The position numbers and the translations under genes are program-made. From Halocafeteria seosinensis (lineage: Eukaryota), in assembly GCA_001687465.1 (NCBI GenBank), contig LVLI01000138.1, positions 1 through 64,000 on the forward strand: a DNA stretch of 64,000 nt. The letters run 5' to 3'. The notes beneath the pieces are model-generated. The model was not told the origin of the DNA, ran no database searches, and was given only the letters and a program-made list of their open reading frames with translations. Shown here piece after piece: positions 24,043-35,379 of the stretch (its first letter is position 1; every line of letters starts with the position of its first letter).

Positions 24043-27000
24043 CTAGGGGCAGTTGGGATAGTTCGCCTGTTTCCTGTGGAGCACAATCTCGAGTTGGTCC
24101 TCTGTCAATTCGTGCCGAGTTATGATTCCAATGACGTCCTGGCAGTCGTTGAGTACTGGTAAGTGCCGCAATCCTAATCCTCGAAATAGACTATAAGTTC
24201 TTTGCAAGGTTGCTTTATAATTAACAGTGTATGGTGCTGAGCTCATATATGGTCTGAGGTCTACATATGACTTGCTGCGGTCAGCATGAAGATTCATTGA
24301 AGATTCGATAATGCACGAGACATTGTAGCTGAGAGAGAGGATACCACTGAGTTACTTACAGTTCTTCGTCCGAAAAGACCATTTCATCAACAGAAGGAAA
24401 TCGAGGGTAGTGCCTATCGAAATCGGGACTATACTGGTTCAAATGCTGTATAAATACAGGCTCCAGGAATTCAAGCAGCTCAGCACTGAACCACAACCAA
24501 ACGCCACACGCACTTACCTGTACATCAGTGTAATTCTCCCCATATATCAAAGAAGCCTTCTTCCAGACAGTACCATTGCCGCTTCCGTTCCGTGCTGCCG
24601 TACTGGAATCCGCTTTATTGTCGGAAAAGCTGGGCACAACTGTGTACTGCTCCTCGCCGAATCTGACTGGAATATTCTGCAGGTCTTCGCGTATATCTTC
24701 TTCGGTCAGTGAGAGTTCCCCAGCCTTATACTTATGAGTATGTAGCTCTTGGTCTAAATAATTATTTCTGTCGGGCTTAGATAAACTCCAGTTCGTGAGA
24801 GTTACTCTGGCCAAGACTTCTTCCAAGCGGGAAGTTTCCGACTCGTCCTGAATCTTGCTATGCTGCTTCGGGACTGTTTCAACTAGAGCGCGCTTGATCG
24901 TCACGGTGGGAGGATTGGATTGAAACGCTTTATGTGCCAAAAGAACGGACAGGTGCTTTCTTTGTATCAGCCCTGCGAAAGTTCCGATTTTGGAAGTTGG
25001 GGAGTAGGCACCAGCATTGAATATTACGGGGAAGCCATTGTTCTTCGTGCACTTAAGGACCTTGAGAATCCGCTCCACAGTTTCCACCTCCCTTAGAACA
25101 ACTGGAGGGGAAGTCATCACATCCTCTGTGGTCAATTCCCACGCGACATCCTTGGGCAATTTTTCTTCCAGTAGTGGCCATTTGTTCAACGCAATATGCA
25201 CATCATATATACCATCATTGAACACGTTGCCCGTCCAGCGTGCCGAAAAGAAGACAAGCATTAACGGAAGGCCGTACTGGTAGTTGCCGGTGCTTTCTAG
25301 CAATATGACGGCAAGACTAATGGTCATTCGAGTAACACCACCTAAGAACGCCGCCGCCCCGATTAAGCTGTACGTCCCCGGATCTATTCCTATATGGCCG
25401 CCGGAGACAGCCACCATAGCTTGCCCCACGAACCGACCGAATGCGGAACCTGTAAGCAACGATGGTATGAACAGCCCTGAAGGCACAGCTATTCCATACG
25501 TCAAACACGTGAGCGACCCGTATACGAAGAAGAAAAGCACCAAGTTCCCTAAGGTGAAATCATCCTTTCTAAGATGAAAAAGTTGTTGGATTGCAGATTC
25601 ACTGGGAGCGAAGAAGAAGGTCGCCACCGGGTTGTAATATCCCTTTGAGCAGAAGAATTGGACCAGATGAGCATCTGCAGAAGGAGCATCTTCCTTAGGT
25701 TGTCTTAAACATTTAGAGAAGATGACAGGTAAAATGAACGTGAGCACTGCAACTAGTGCCGTAACACCAACGGCCTCGGAAAATCGTCGAAGTCTCGTAG
25801 CACTATTATTCATGCGATACACAGTCAGCCGCTTGTTTGCACTAACAAAGAGAGCCCCAAAAAGCCCTCCAATGATACCCATTAGCAAGAATATGGGGAT
25901 TTCCCAAGCCTTCCAGCTATACCGATTTTGTCCAGTGCTGTAGAGAAATTGGGACGATTCACTCAAACAACGTTAACAATTCCAACAGAGGTACACCTAC
26001 ATACCTGTTGAAATCACCAAATGTAAACATTCCAGGAGCAGACAGTTCTCCCCATTTGCTATCTTCGTTCATCCCCGAAAGGAAAACGTCCAGCACGTAT
26101 GTGGATATAATTGCGCAGAAAAAACTCCTCCATGTTAGAGCCTTACTCCAATAGGAGGACCCCTCTTCTAGAGCAAATAAAACTCCACCAACCGGCGCTC
26201 CAAACGCAGCTGCAACACCAGCTGAAGCTCCACATGATACAAAGTCCCGCTTCTCGCGGTCATTGCGGAATGCAACGGTAAAGAATCTACTCGTGTCTAT
26301 ACCAAATAGCTTTCTTCTCCCTTGGCTCGCGCCTGCACCAATTATAGCTCCGCTGCACACAGGATATGTAACGTCTTATGATATTGCAGGACAACAAGCG
26401 AGAACTGTGTCGTGTTTTTCTCACCTGTGGATCATTGGACCCTCCTTCCCCACTGGGAGCCCAGAGCTTACAGCAAAGACAATTCCAATTACTTTTGCGA
26501 ACAGAGTACGCAACCGAACCACTCGAGGTAGCCGGATGCCATTCAAGACGCATTTAATTTCGCTAATCCCGCTACCGGCAGCTTTTCGTTCGACAGCTGT
26601 GGCCATCAATGCTGCGACAGAGCCGAAGCCTACTGCTATAGAAACATAAGCGACGCCGGCAGAAGCTAACGTCCCTTTTGTTCTCTCTCTACCAGCGATG
26701 ACTTTCTGGATCGCATCAAACTTCAGCTCACCCAAATGTTTTGATACGAATGTAATCAATACTGCTGTCAAAGCTGTAAAACAAGCAATGAAGAATAGGA
26801 GCACCCATCGAATAAGTGCTATTCTCCGCGGATCTTCCACTGTTGGGCCCGTCACGTCCCGGCGACTCTTATGATTTTCTACAAACATCTGCAAGAGCGA
26901 ACCGTCATTCCGTTCGAAGCCCATCATCATAACGCGATGAATGGCATGGAGTGTTTACGTACTCGAGACTCATATGGATCAAAGTCAGAACTTTCCACCC

Positions 27001-27457
27001 GGTTCATCATCGCCTTCCGCGGCACGCTAGCACGTTTCCTCTGAGTCACAATCTCCTGTGATGGCGAACGAAGCTTAACACCGTGGTCACTCCATGAACT
27101 ACTCAGACGAGTTCTAGACGGCGTGGAATTCTGTAACTGCTGCGTGGGGGAAGTCACGCCATTCGCTTGAAAATCGTTCCCCTCGTGCGAATTTTCATCA
27201 TTAGCATCCTCTCCGAGTCTCTCATACCTCTGACCACTTTTCCTCCGGGTTTTCGTCTTTGCCGTGGGATTCAGCCCCATAGCACCTCGAGCCCCGGAAA
27301 ACCAGGCTTCCAGACGCCTTTGTGAAGATGGTTTGTTCGCTTCTATATCCTGTTCTCTGAGCTCAATTCCACTACTGGTACCACAGTGTGATGCACACGA
27401 CTCGTGCGCATCATGTATATCAGTTTGTTCATCTGGAGAATCCCGTATAGTGGACAT
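24043..27457 (-). CDS. CLC chloride/proton exchanger, CLC-6/7-like, multi-exon, two CBS domains (paralogue 1)
   Basis: [65 protein letters not shown] and LGLRHL; start codon approximate. Confidence 0.92.
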
Positions 27458-27750
27458 TGGCGCCAGAAAACGCCCAGATTGAGGTGTTCTGGACCTCAAT
27501 TAGTTGCCATGCCCGTCTGTATCGACGCCATATGAAGTTTCTACGCTATCCTAGAGGGACCTAAATACATTTCCCCGAGTAATAGAAGTGTCAATCCAAT
27601 GGGGATTCTAGTCACTGCACAATGAACTGGAAATGCCACCCGGCGATGAGTCAACTGGGCTTACCGGATCTCATTTCAGACCCGTTACACAGGTTGTACC
27701 TCTGTCTGATTACGGCAATATTCGTTGCATTTGATAAGACGAAACAATAC

Positions 27751-27774
27751 CACACACACACACACACACACACA
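27751..27774. repeat. (CA)12 microsatellite
   Basis: Pure CA run between the two CLC genes. Confidence 0.9.
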
Positions 27775-27859
27775 AGTTGTACATGTATTACCGGTGGAGC
27801 TTTTTGTAGTGGCTTGCTTGTTTGCTTCTGCACTTGGGATGGCTAGAGTTTGAATTCCT

Positions 27860-30800
27860 CTACCTCTGGTATTTGTGCGAATGCTCCTCAATCTTGTCTT
27901 TCAGCCTGTCTTCCAAAAGTTCATGCCGAGTCAATATCGACACAACATCGAAACTACTGTTTACGACAGTGAGATGCCTCAAGCCAATTTGGCGAAAGAG
28001 TGTGTAGGCACGTTGTAGTGTTGATTCCTCATGCATGACGTACGGATGGGAATTCATGAATGGCCGAAGGTCAATATAGGAGTCTCTGCATTTAAGAAGC
28101 AAATGAGACGTTTACAAAATGAACACGGAGATGAAACGTATCAGCCTTATGATAAAACTAACAGGTCTTCTTGGGAAAAGTCCATGTCCTCCACTTCCGG
28201 GTAGTGGGGAAAATTATTGACAAAGTCCTGCTCAGTTACCTGGCCACTATCCTGCATTAACGGTAAAAGATGAGAGCCAGAGGCAGAAACATCTACAGAT
28301 ACAAGAAATGCCACAATACCTGATGCTTCTCATGAAAACCGTGCACCAAAGGCTCATCGAGGGTACTAGTGGCTTGGGTGTACACAGTGGGTCTCTCGTC
28401 GAAGGCTGTATAGAGACTGTGCATATCCACAGGAATGGATTCAATATCCTTCCGGATCTCATCACCAGTAAGGCTCAAATTCTTCTGTGAATATTCGCGC
28501 GTTAGTGTCTCGAAGCTAAACGGTGTATAACACTGCATACGAAGAACGACCCTGTTTAGATCACTTCTGTTTTCCTGCTGTTCCTGTAGAAAATTCAAGC
28601 GATCTGTTTCGCTGTGAGGGCGAGAAGCGGGAGGCTTCTTATGGAATGCCCTACGATCTAGTAAGACAGAGAGATGTCGCCGCTGAATAATTCCTGAGAA
28701 AGTCCCTAAGGAGGGATGATGTGCTAACAGACATGCGTTGAATACAACAGGAAATCCATGATGAGTTGTGGCCCGTAAAACCCGGACCACTCGCTCTACG
28801 GTCTCAATCTCCCGCAAGACGACAGCTCCTGGACGCATAATATCACTTACGCGCAGTTTCCAGGCAACGCGCTTTGGAAGCTTTTCCTCCAGAAGCGGCC
28901 ACTGCTGTAAGTCAATGTGAGTATCGTATATGCCCTTGTTAAACATATTTCCTACCCACCGTGCGGAGAAAAACACTACCATCATGGGTAAGCCAAAACG
29001 ATAGTTCCCCGTGCTTTCGAGTAGAATCACAACTAGACTTATGGTCATTCTAACCACTCCTCCAAGGACAGCAGCTGCTCCCACTAAGCTGTAGGTACCG
29101 GGATCGATTGTGTGCCCCCATGCGGGCTGTAGTGCTTGTCCGACAAAGCGTCCAAATGCGGACCCCGTTAACAAGGAAGGGATAAAGAGTCCCGATGGAG
29201 ACGCAATGCCGTACGTCAAACAAGTTATTGATCCGTAGACGAAAAAAAATAATGTGAGTTGCGGTAACGACCACTGCAGTTTGATGACAATCAAGGTAAA
29301 ATAATCACGTAGTTTCACGACAGTGGAACAACTTACTGCATCCCGACTTTGCAGGTGAAATAGCTGCTTTATGGCAGATTCACTAGGGGCAAAGAAAAAC
29401 GTAGCCACAGGATTGTACTTTCCTGATTCGCAGAAAAATCGAACTAAGTTTGAATCATAGCCTTGCTCTGCCGGCGGTGGTTCATCGCGGCAGTCTTCGA
29501 AGAGAGTTGGCAGTAAAAACGTTAATAGTGCAACCAACATAGCAATGCCAATAACTTCAAGAAAACGTCGAGGTCGTGAAGCAATATACCGTTTCCGGAA
29601 TAAAGCAAGCCTCTTGTTTGCAGCAACGAAGAGCCCTCCTACCAGGCCACCTACAATACCCATCCCAATGAAGACAGGAATTTCGCTGACGGTCCAGGAA
29701 TTAGTTGCGACCCCATTTCTGACGCATCAAGAAGACAAAGAGCCACTAGCATGAATTAAATTAGTGCAAACATGCAGCAGGTGACATACTCTTCAGCGAA
29801 ATTCCCGAATGTAAACATACCGGGATCTGTCAGATGCCCCCACTTCGTGCGATTATTAATACCCGAGAGAAATATATCCAGAACGTATGTGGAAATCTGT
29901 ACATTACCCGTACAACAGGACTAGCGGTTACCAAAGAAAGCTGGGCATTAAGAATCGAGGAACTTACAACGGCAGAGAAGAAACTGCGCCATGTCAGTGC
30001 CTTGCTCCAGAAAGAAGATCCCTCCTCTAAGGCAAAAAGAACTCCTCCAACAGGTGCACCAAANGCAGCCGCCACTCCAGCTGAAGATCCGCAAGCAATA
30101 AAATCGCGTTTCTCGGTATCGTTGCGAAAAGCAGACGTCTTTGTCCACGAGACGTCTTTTCCTCCTATTTTAGTCTTTCCCTGACTGAATCCGGCTCCTA
30201 TGATAGCCCCACTGGATGAAGCACAGGCAAGCCTCGTTTTCTGGCATTCTTAGCATGAGTGTTGCAGACAGGTGCGTACCTGTGAATCATTGGTCCTTCC
30301 ATACCTACGGGAAGACCGGCGCTTACAGAAAAAATGATTCCAACAACCTGCGACAAAAGTAAACAAGGCAACTCAGAGATAAGCGTTCGGCAAGGGGCAA
30401 CTTAGAAAATATGCACTAACCTTGCTTATCAAGGTCCTGACGCGCGCGACCATTGGTAGTTTTACACCATTTAGAACACACTTGATTTCGCTAATGCCGC
30501 TACCCGCGGCTGTCGGAGCAAAGTAGGGGACTATAAGAGCAGTTACAGAGGCGTACAGACACGTAATTCCAACAAAGATGGCGCATGCTTTCGCTACTGT
30601 GTCGGGAGTTTGTTTAATACCGGTTATATACTCGTCCACTAGGTCAAACTTCAGCTGGGTTAGTTTCTTCACGCAATATGTAATCAGCACTGCTGTGAGC
30701 GCCGTAGAGGCCGCCACACAAAAAAGCAATAACCATCGCATTAATGCGACTTGTATCGAGTTTACATCGATTTCCCATCGGCGAAACACCTTTCGTTTGT

Positions 30801-31288
30801 TTTGGTCTTCGATAAACGTCTGCGGGAAACAGAGGCTTTGACTTCCAGACCGCGGGAAAAAACACGTAGAACGAGACCGCAACAAAACTTACCTGGGATT
30901 CATAATAGTCGAAATCAGCACTTTCGATACGACGATTGCTATTACTGTAGGAGCCATCATCTTCTTCGTCAATGGTCCTTCGCTGCCGCCCATTCAGCGT
31001 CCCAGTGCACTCGGGGGCAGAATTCAAGCCTTGCGTCGTATACGCGGCGGTCGTTCGTGGAGACGATTGATGCAAGGCTCTGAACGAGCCACGGTGACCC
31101 CGACTATCGGTGTCTTCGGATTTGGAATCCATTGTATTTGATATACGCCCCGGATTTGGTGTTTGATCGCGTAATTCTATGCCAGCATTGCTTCCATGAC
31201 GCTCCCGTTCAGTGTGCTCGTCAATGCTGGGCACCCTTAGGCTACTCCCCGGCGAAATTCGCGTATACCTCCCGGTGTCGCTTTGCAT
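27860..31288 (-). CDS. CLC chloride/proton exchanger, CLC-6/7-like, multi-exon (paralogue 2, tandem duplicate)
   Basis: [54 protein letters not shown]; one N base at 30064. Confidence 0.92.
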
Positions 31289-31672
31289 CAAGCCTTATAA
31301 ACACGTAATAAAGACGTGTTCTGGTCTCCCCAGAAACCGAGGCAGTGGGCTTTGATGGCCTTAATCTTTTCCAATTCCCACTGTTTCGTACAATTTCCAA
31401 TCGTATGACATTCCTTACTGTTTCCGGCACCATATACACTATTCGCCGTATGGTATCAACCTCAGTACACTGAGTCTACGAGTGGCGTTTCAAATAAACC
31501 TTGTCCAACACGTTGAAGTTGAAGTTAGCACCCGTATCTACTGTAATGACCTTTATACAAGATATTTTTTTGAGGTAGTTTTGTCGAATATAGGAGTCTT
31601 GCTCTATGCAAGATCCATAGAGTATCCTAGTCGCAGACGTGTGCTCTGGGACATGGATGAAAAAGGAGGGAA

Positions 31673-32935
31673 ATGGCAACTTGTTGGGCCTGGAGTGGGA
31701 CATTTTTGGCCTTGAGTGTTGTATTCATCATGGTTTACTTTGTCCAGGAGCCTCTTTTCTCGGCAGGAGCCTCGGGGGACTTGGCACTCAAGTCCCCCGC
31801 GGAAACTTCCGGAAAGGACTCCGTGCCGACGGCGCCACCACCGCGAGACCCAGCTCCTAAACTTCCCGTGGCAGTGGACGAATTAAGTGCGGAAGGGGCT
31901 ACAAGGACTCTTCGGAAAATGCTCCACGAATCGTCGGAAACGTGGGTTATGCACCAACCTCCCGTACAAGGAGCCATGCCGAAACTTATTGTAGGAAATG
32001 TCTCTGAACAATTGTACATGCTCAAATTGTCGTGTCGATTTAAACACAGCATGAGCGACGATTACTGGCTCACCAAAGGATACAATGCCATCCTTGCCAC
32101 GGCGTTGGATGAGGTCTTACTAGGACGTGGAGACCCCCGGGGTCATGGAAAAATAATTCCCGTTAAAAAATTAGCTAGTAAAACTGCCAAGGACGAAAGA
32201 GCTTGGAAGTCAATTAAGTCACGATGCTTGTGGCAGGCTGGGGACGAGGAGTTCGTAGCCGGCGTATTGCTTCAATATGGAAAGCATATTAAAGATCGGA
32301 AGGACCCTAGCTGTCAAATTTTCAGGGACCATGCTGAAGACTCATCAAAGCAATGGATTTTGGATATGCTTATAGGACAAGCCGATAGGTATTGCAACCA
32401 TAATGTATTTATCAACACGAACAGTGGGAGGCAAGTCTTCTTGGATTTTGATGACGGGTCATACTTTAATCAGAAAGCTTGTTCAGCTTCTCAATATCTC
32501 ACTCTGACCAACCCTTTCTTCATCAAAGGATCTAATGTGGATAAAAAGGAGACGTATTGTGCTGTATCGGAAAAAGCTGAACATCTAGCTCGGCGCTTCC
32601 TGAGCCAAAGCAAGCTTCGGCTGATGCTCCAGAAGAAGCTACGTGCCGATGACTGGTTTAGCGTCTTTTTGCCTTACCACTACTTTCGCAGTGGCTGGAT
32701 GGACGATACTCCACATGGTGCTTGTAAGGCGCAGAGTGTGGAATGCAAGATATCTCGCAGCCTTGGGACATTTCAGCGGGTTAGTTCGGCTTGTGTAAGC
32801 GACTTTGTTCGCTCATATGAAAACTCATCCGTCAGTGAGATCATAATTGCGGCTCTGTCAGACATATATTCACGACGTGCATCCAACTTATATCACAAGT
32901 TGGAGAGTACACGGAAAGGGGACTGTGCGTCGTGA
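31673..32935 (+). CDS. Type II membrane kinase-like protein (FAM20/Four-jointed/PI-kinase-like fold), paralogue 1
   Basis: N-terminal signal anchor, Pro-rich stem, LKLSC, LDMLIGQADRYCNHN (D.LIG..DR...N), FLDFDDG; single exon. Confidence 0.7.
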   Translation: MATCWAWSGTFLALSVVFIMVYFVQEPLFSAGASGDLALKSPAETSGKDSVPTAPPPRDPAPKLPVAVDELSAEGATRTLRKMLHESSETWVMHQPPVQGAMPKLIVGNVSEQLYMLKLSCRFKHSMSDDYWLTKGYNAILATALDEVLLGRGDPRGHGKIIPVKKLASKTAKDERAWKSIKSRCLWQAGDEEFVAGVLLQYGKHIKDRKDPSCQIFRDHAEDSSKQWILDMLIGQADRYCNHNVFINTNSGRQVFLDFDDGSYFNQKACSASQYLTLTNPFFIKGSNVDKKETYCAVSEKAEHLARRFLSQSKLRLMLQKKLRADDWFSVFLPYHYFRSGWMDDTPHGACKAQSVECKISRSLGTFQRVSSACVSDFVRSYENSSVSEIIIAALSDIYSRRASNLYHKLESTRKGDCAS

Positions 32936-33849
32936 CCACGCGAAATGAATGGTTGTATCGCCGTACAGTAAATGTGTCGGTTAAACTTGCAGTAGTTTTT
33001 GCTCTGCTACTAATGTACTTGGTTTTGTTGAACAGCTGTAAGTTTAGTCCAACGAGCCCTCAGGCGTTCGCATTGGGTAATTTGTGTTATGCATCGGTAA
33101 TTTAGCTCCCAGACTGCATGCGTGGGTTTCTGCAATCGAGCTTCGGGAGGCGAGCCTCAAGCTGCCGAGAGGCTGCGGTTGAAGCAGTATTTGCTCCGGC
33201 AAGTGGGCTGCTGGCAGCTGCATGACCACTTGTGGATTGATTCGATGGTTCATTTCACAATCATCCCAATATTGATCTATCGGCCTGAACAGTATTCGGC
33301 AAAGCGGGGTTTGTGTTGTGTCGAGCTGTTTTTGCCAGGGTTCCACGTGTCTCCAAGTGGACGCCAAAAAAAAACTGAAGAGTTCATTCTATAAGGACCC
33401 TTGTTACAGTGTTGCCGGTGACAAAATAAGGTATGTAGCAAGCTCTTTACTATCTGATTTGATGAACACGCGAACCATAGGACACGCTGCTGCCAAAGTT
33501 AGTGCAAGTGAGATTGATAGGGATTTCTTGTTCTTGGGGTTTCTTTTGTGGTGTGACCTAGGTGGAGCTCTATTACATCCTCAACCAGCAAAACAAATGC
33601 ATACCTTTGAAATCTATGCAGTGATAGGATTCGTGTACTCGGAAACTACCGGAGCCATAAACGAGAACACCGCTGTGAAAAGCCCAGCAGGACTCAGCGA
33701 TCTCCGTATATCCGTTGAGTTGGGGAATGGGTTAGGCCTGCAATGGAATCACAATAATTCGCGTTATCAGAGTGTGGCTTCTTTGCTTGCTTCTGGCCGT
33801 CCTGAGTATCCCCTCTGTTCGAAGTGTCTGCACGGATATCCAATGCAAT

Positions 33850-35370
33850 AAAATGTGCATTACCCGGGACGATACCGACGGACTATCGATTTTTCAAGCA
33901 TGTGATGTACGGGTCGTTTGATCACGTTAGGTTAGGTGCTGCTGAAACTTTTGATGGCCAAAACTACACCATGGATTTAACCGATATGACGGCATATACT
34001 GGGTTATTTCGGATAAGCCATTCCCTAGTGGTACGTCTTTTGAGCAAGCTCCCTTGATTAAAAACGTGCATACTAGGGATGGGAAGTAGAGGACGGTGAT
34101 GCGTTCATTGTGCAGAAGATCCAGAAATGGTTCGGAGTTGATCACTGCAGTAGCCCCGATGGCTCGATCGAACAGAATTGTGGTGGGATTGCCGGCATGC
34201 TCAGTGGAAGTGAAGGTGAACAAGTTATGATCAACAATTCCCTTTTTACGGGAGATATCGAGGACAGTGGGGTGGCATCATTGGTTTTCGTGCTGGTGAT
34301 GTAAGCGGGCTAGTGAACATCACAAACTGCTACTCTACAGGAGATATTACTGGTGGAGGGGGTGTATATGGTGCATAGACAGGCAGATAGGGTTAACCGA
34401 TCCCAAATTTATGTTTTGCAATGTTTCTCGACCGGAAGAGTGTATGGGAAAACGAGCCGTGGTATTTTGGAATATGTACGGATATCTCGGTGCTATTCAA
34501 CAGGAGATACTACAGTGGCCCAAACAGGCGGTATTACTGGGGCATTTACTGCATGTGCGTATATCTCGGTCCTTTTCGACAGGAGATATTGCAACGGCCC
34601 CAACGGGCGGGTTTACTGGGGCATTGACTGTAAATGTTGGGGGTCGTGTGGAGATACATGATTTTTATACACCGGTTATGTAAGGGATTATTTATCGTAT
34701 GCTGGGGCCATTTGTGGGAGATTTACTGGTTTCAATAAGGGAACTGTGCTCATAGAGAATGTGTATATGCTTCCAGTGTCCCCTATGTTGGGGAGCAGTG
34801 GAGAGGCTTTTTGGGTGTCCAAAGTCACCGTGACGCACTAGGATGTTTGGTTTTTTTCGCGTGGATCGAGTCTTCCCGAACTATGTGTGAAGGATATGAG
34901 GTGTTTGCAATGTCCCTCTACTCAATATGCATCGAGGCGTGACTCCGAGTGCAGGTCCTGCGGCTTCGACCAAGTTCCCACCAGTAGTCAGGATGGATGT
35001 AAACATTGTGCGGATGGTAGCGTGACTACGAGTTCCCATGCTTCTTGTGATGAGGCTCAACAATGTGGGCCTTGCGGAAATGGTTGTAGCGTATCTGACG
35101 TCCCCCGTGGTTCCTGTAGAGGCTGTGCTTCAAAAGTTTGCCCACGCTACAGATATACACTGTCGGCCGTGTAAAGTTGGTCAGATACCGATTGACGCCC
35201 AAAGTGCATGCATATATCCTTCCGCGAGACCGCCCTCGAGTTCTTGTACAATAGGAGACGCTCCTACTGCATGTCGTTCTAGGCCGGGACAACAGGGGGC
35301 GCCTGACGAGCGTCGAGTAACAAGACAATTCCCAATAATGCAGCCATTGTCCGTTCGTAGAAAAGGGTAA
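33850..35370 (+). pseudogene. Decayed GLUG + CxxC surface protein gene (copy 1 of tandem triplet)
   Basis: DNA and peptide match to 36280..38220 (DHVRLGAAETFDGQNYTMDL, QNCGGIAG, CLQCPSTQYASRRDSEC) with stops, frameshifts and deletions. Confidence 0.9.
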
Positions 35371-35379
35371 GTACCAGGG

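Noticed and set aside
32940..33850. ORFs 33122..33394 and 33318..33851
   Set aside because: Non-ATG starts and no recognisable domain; probably spurious or unassignable remnants
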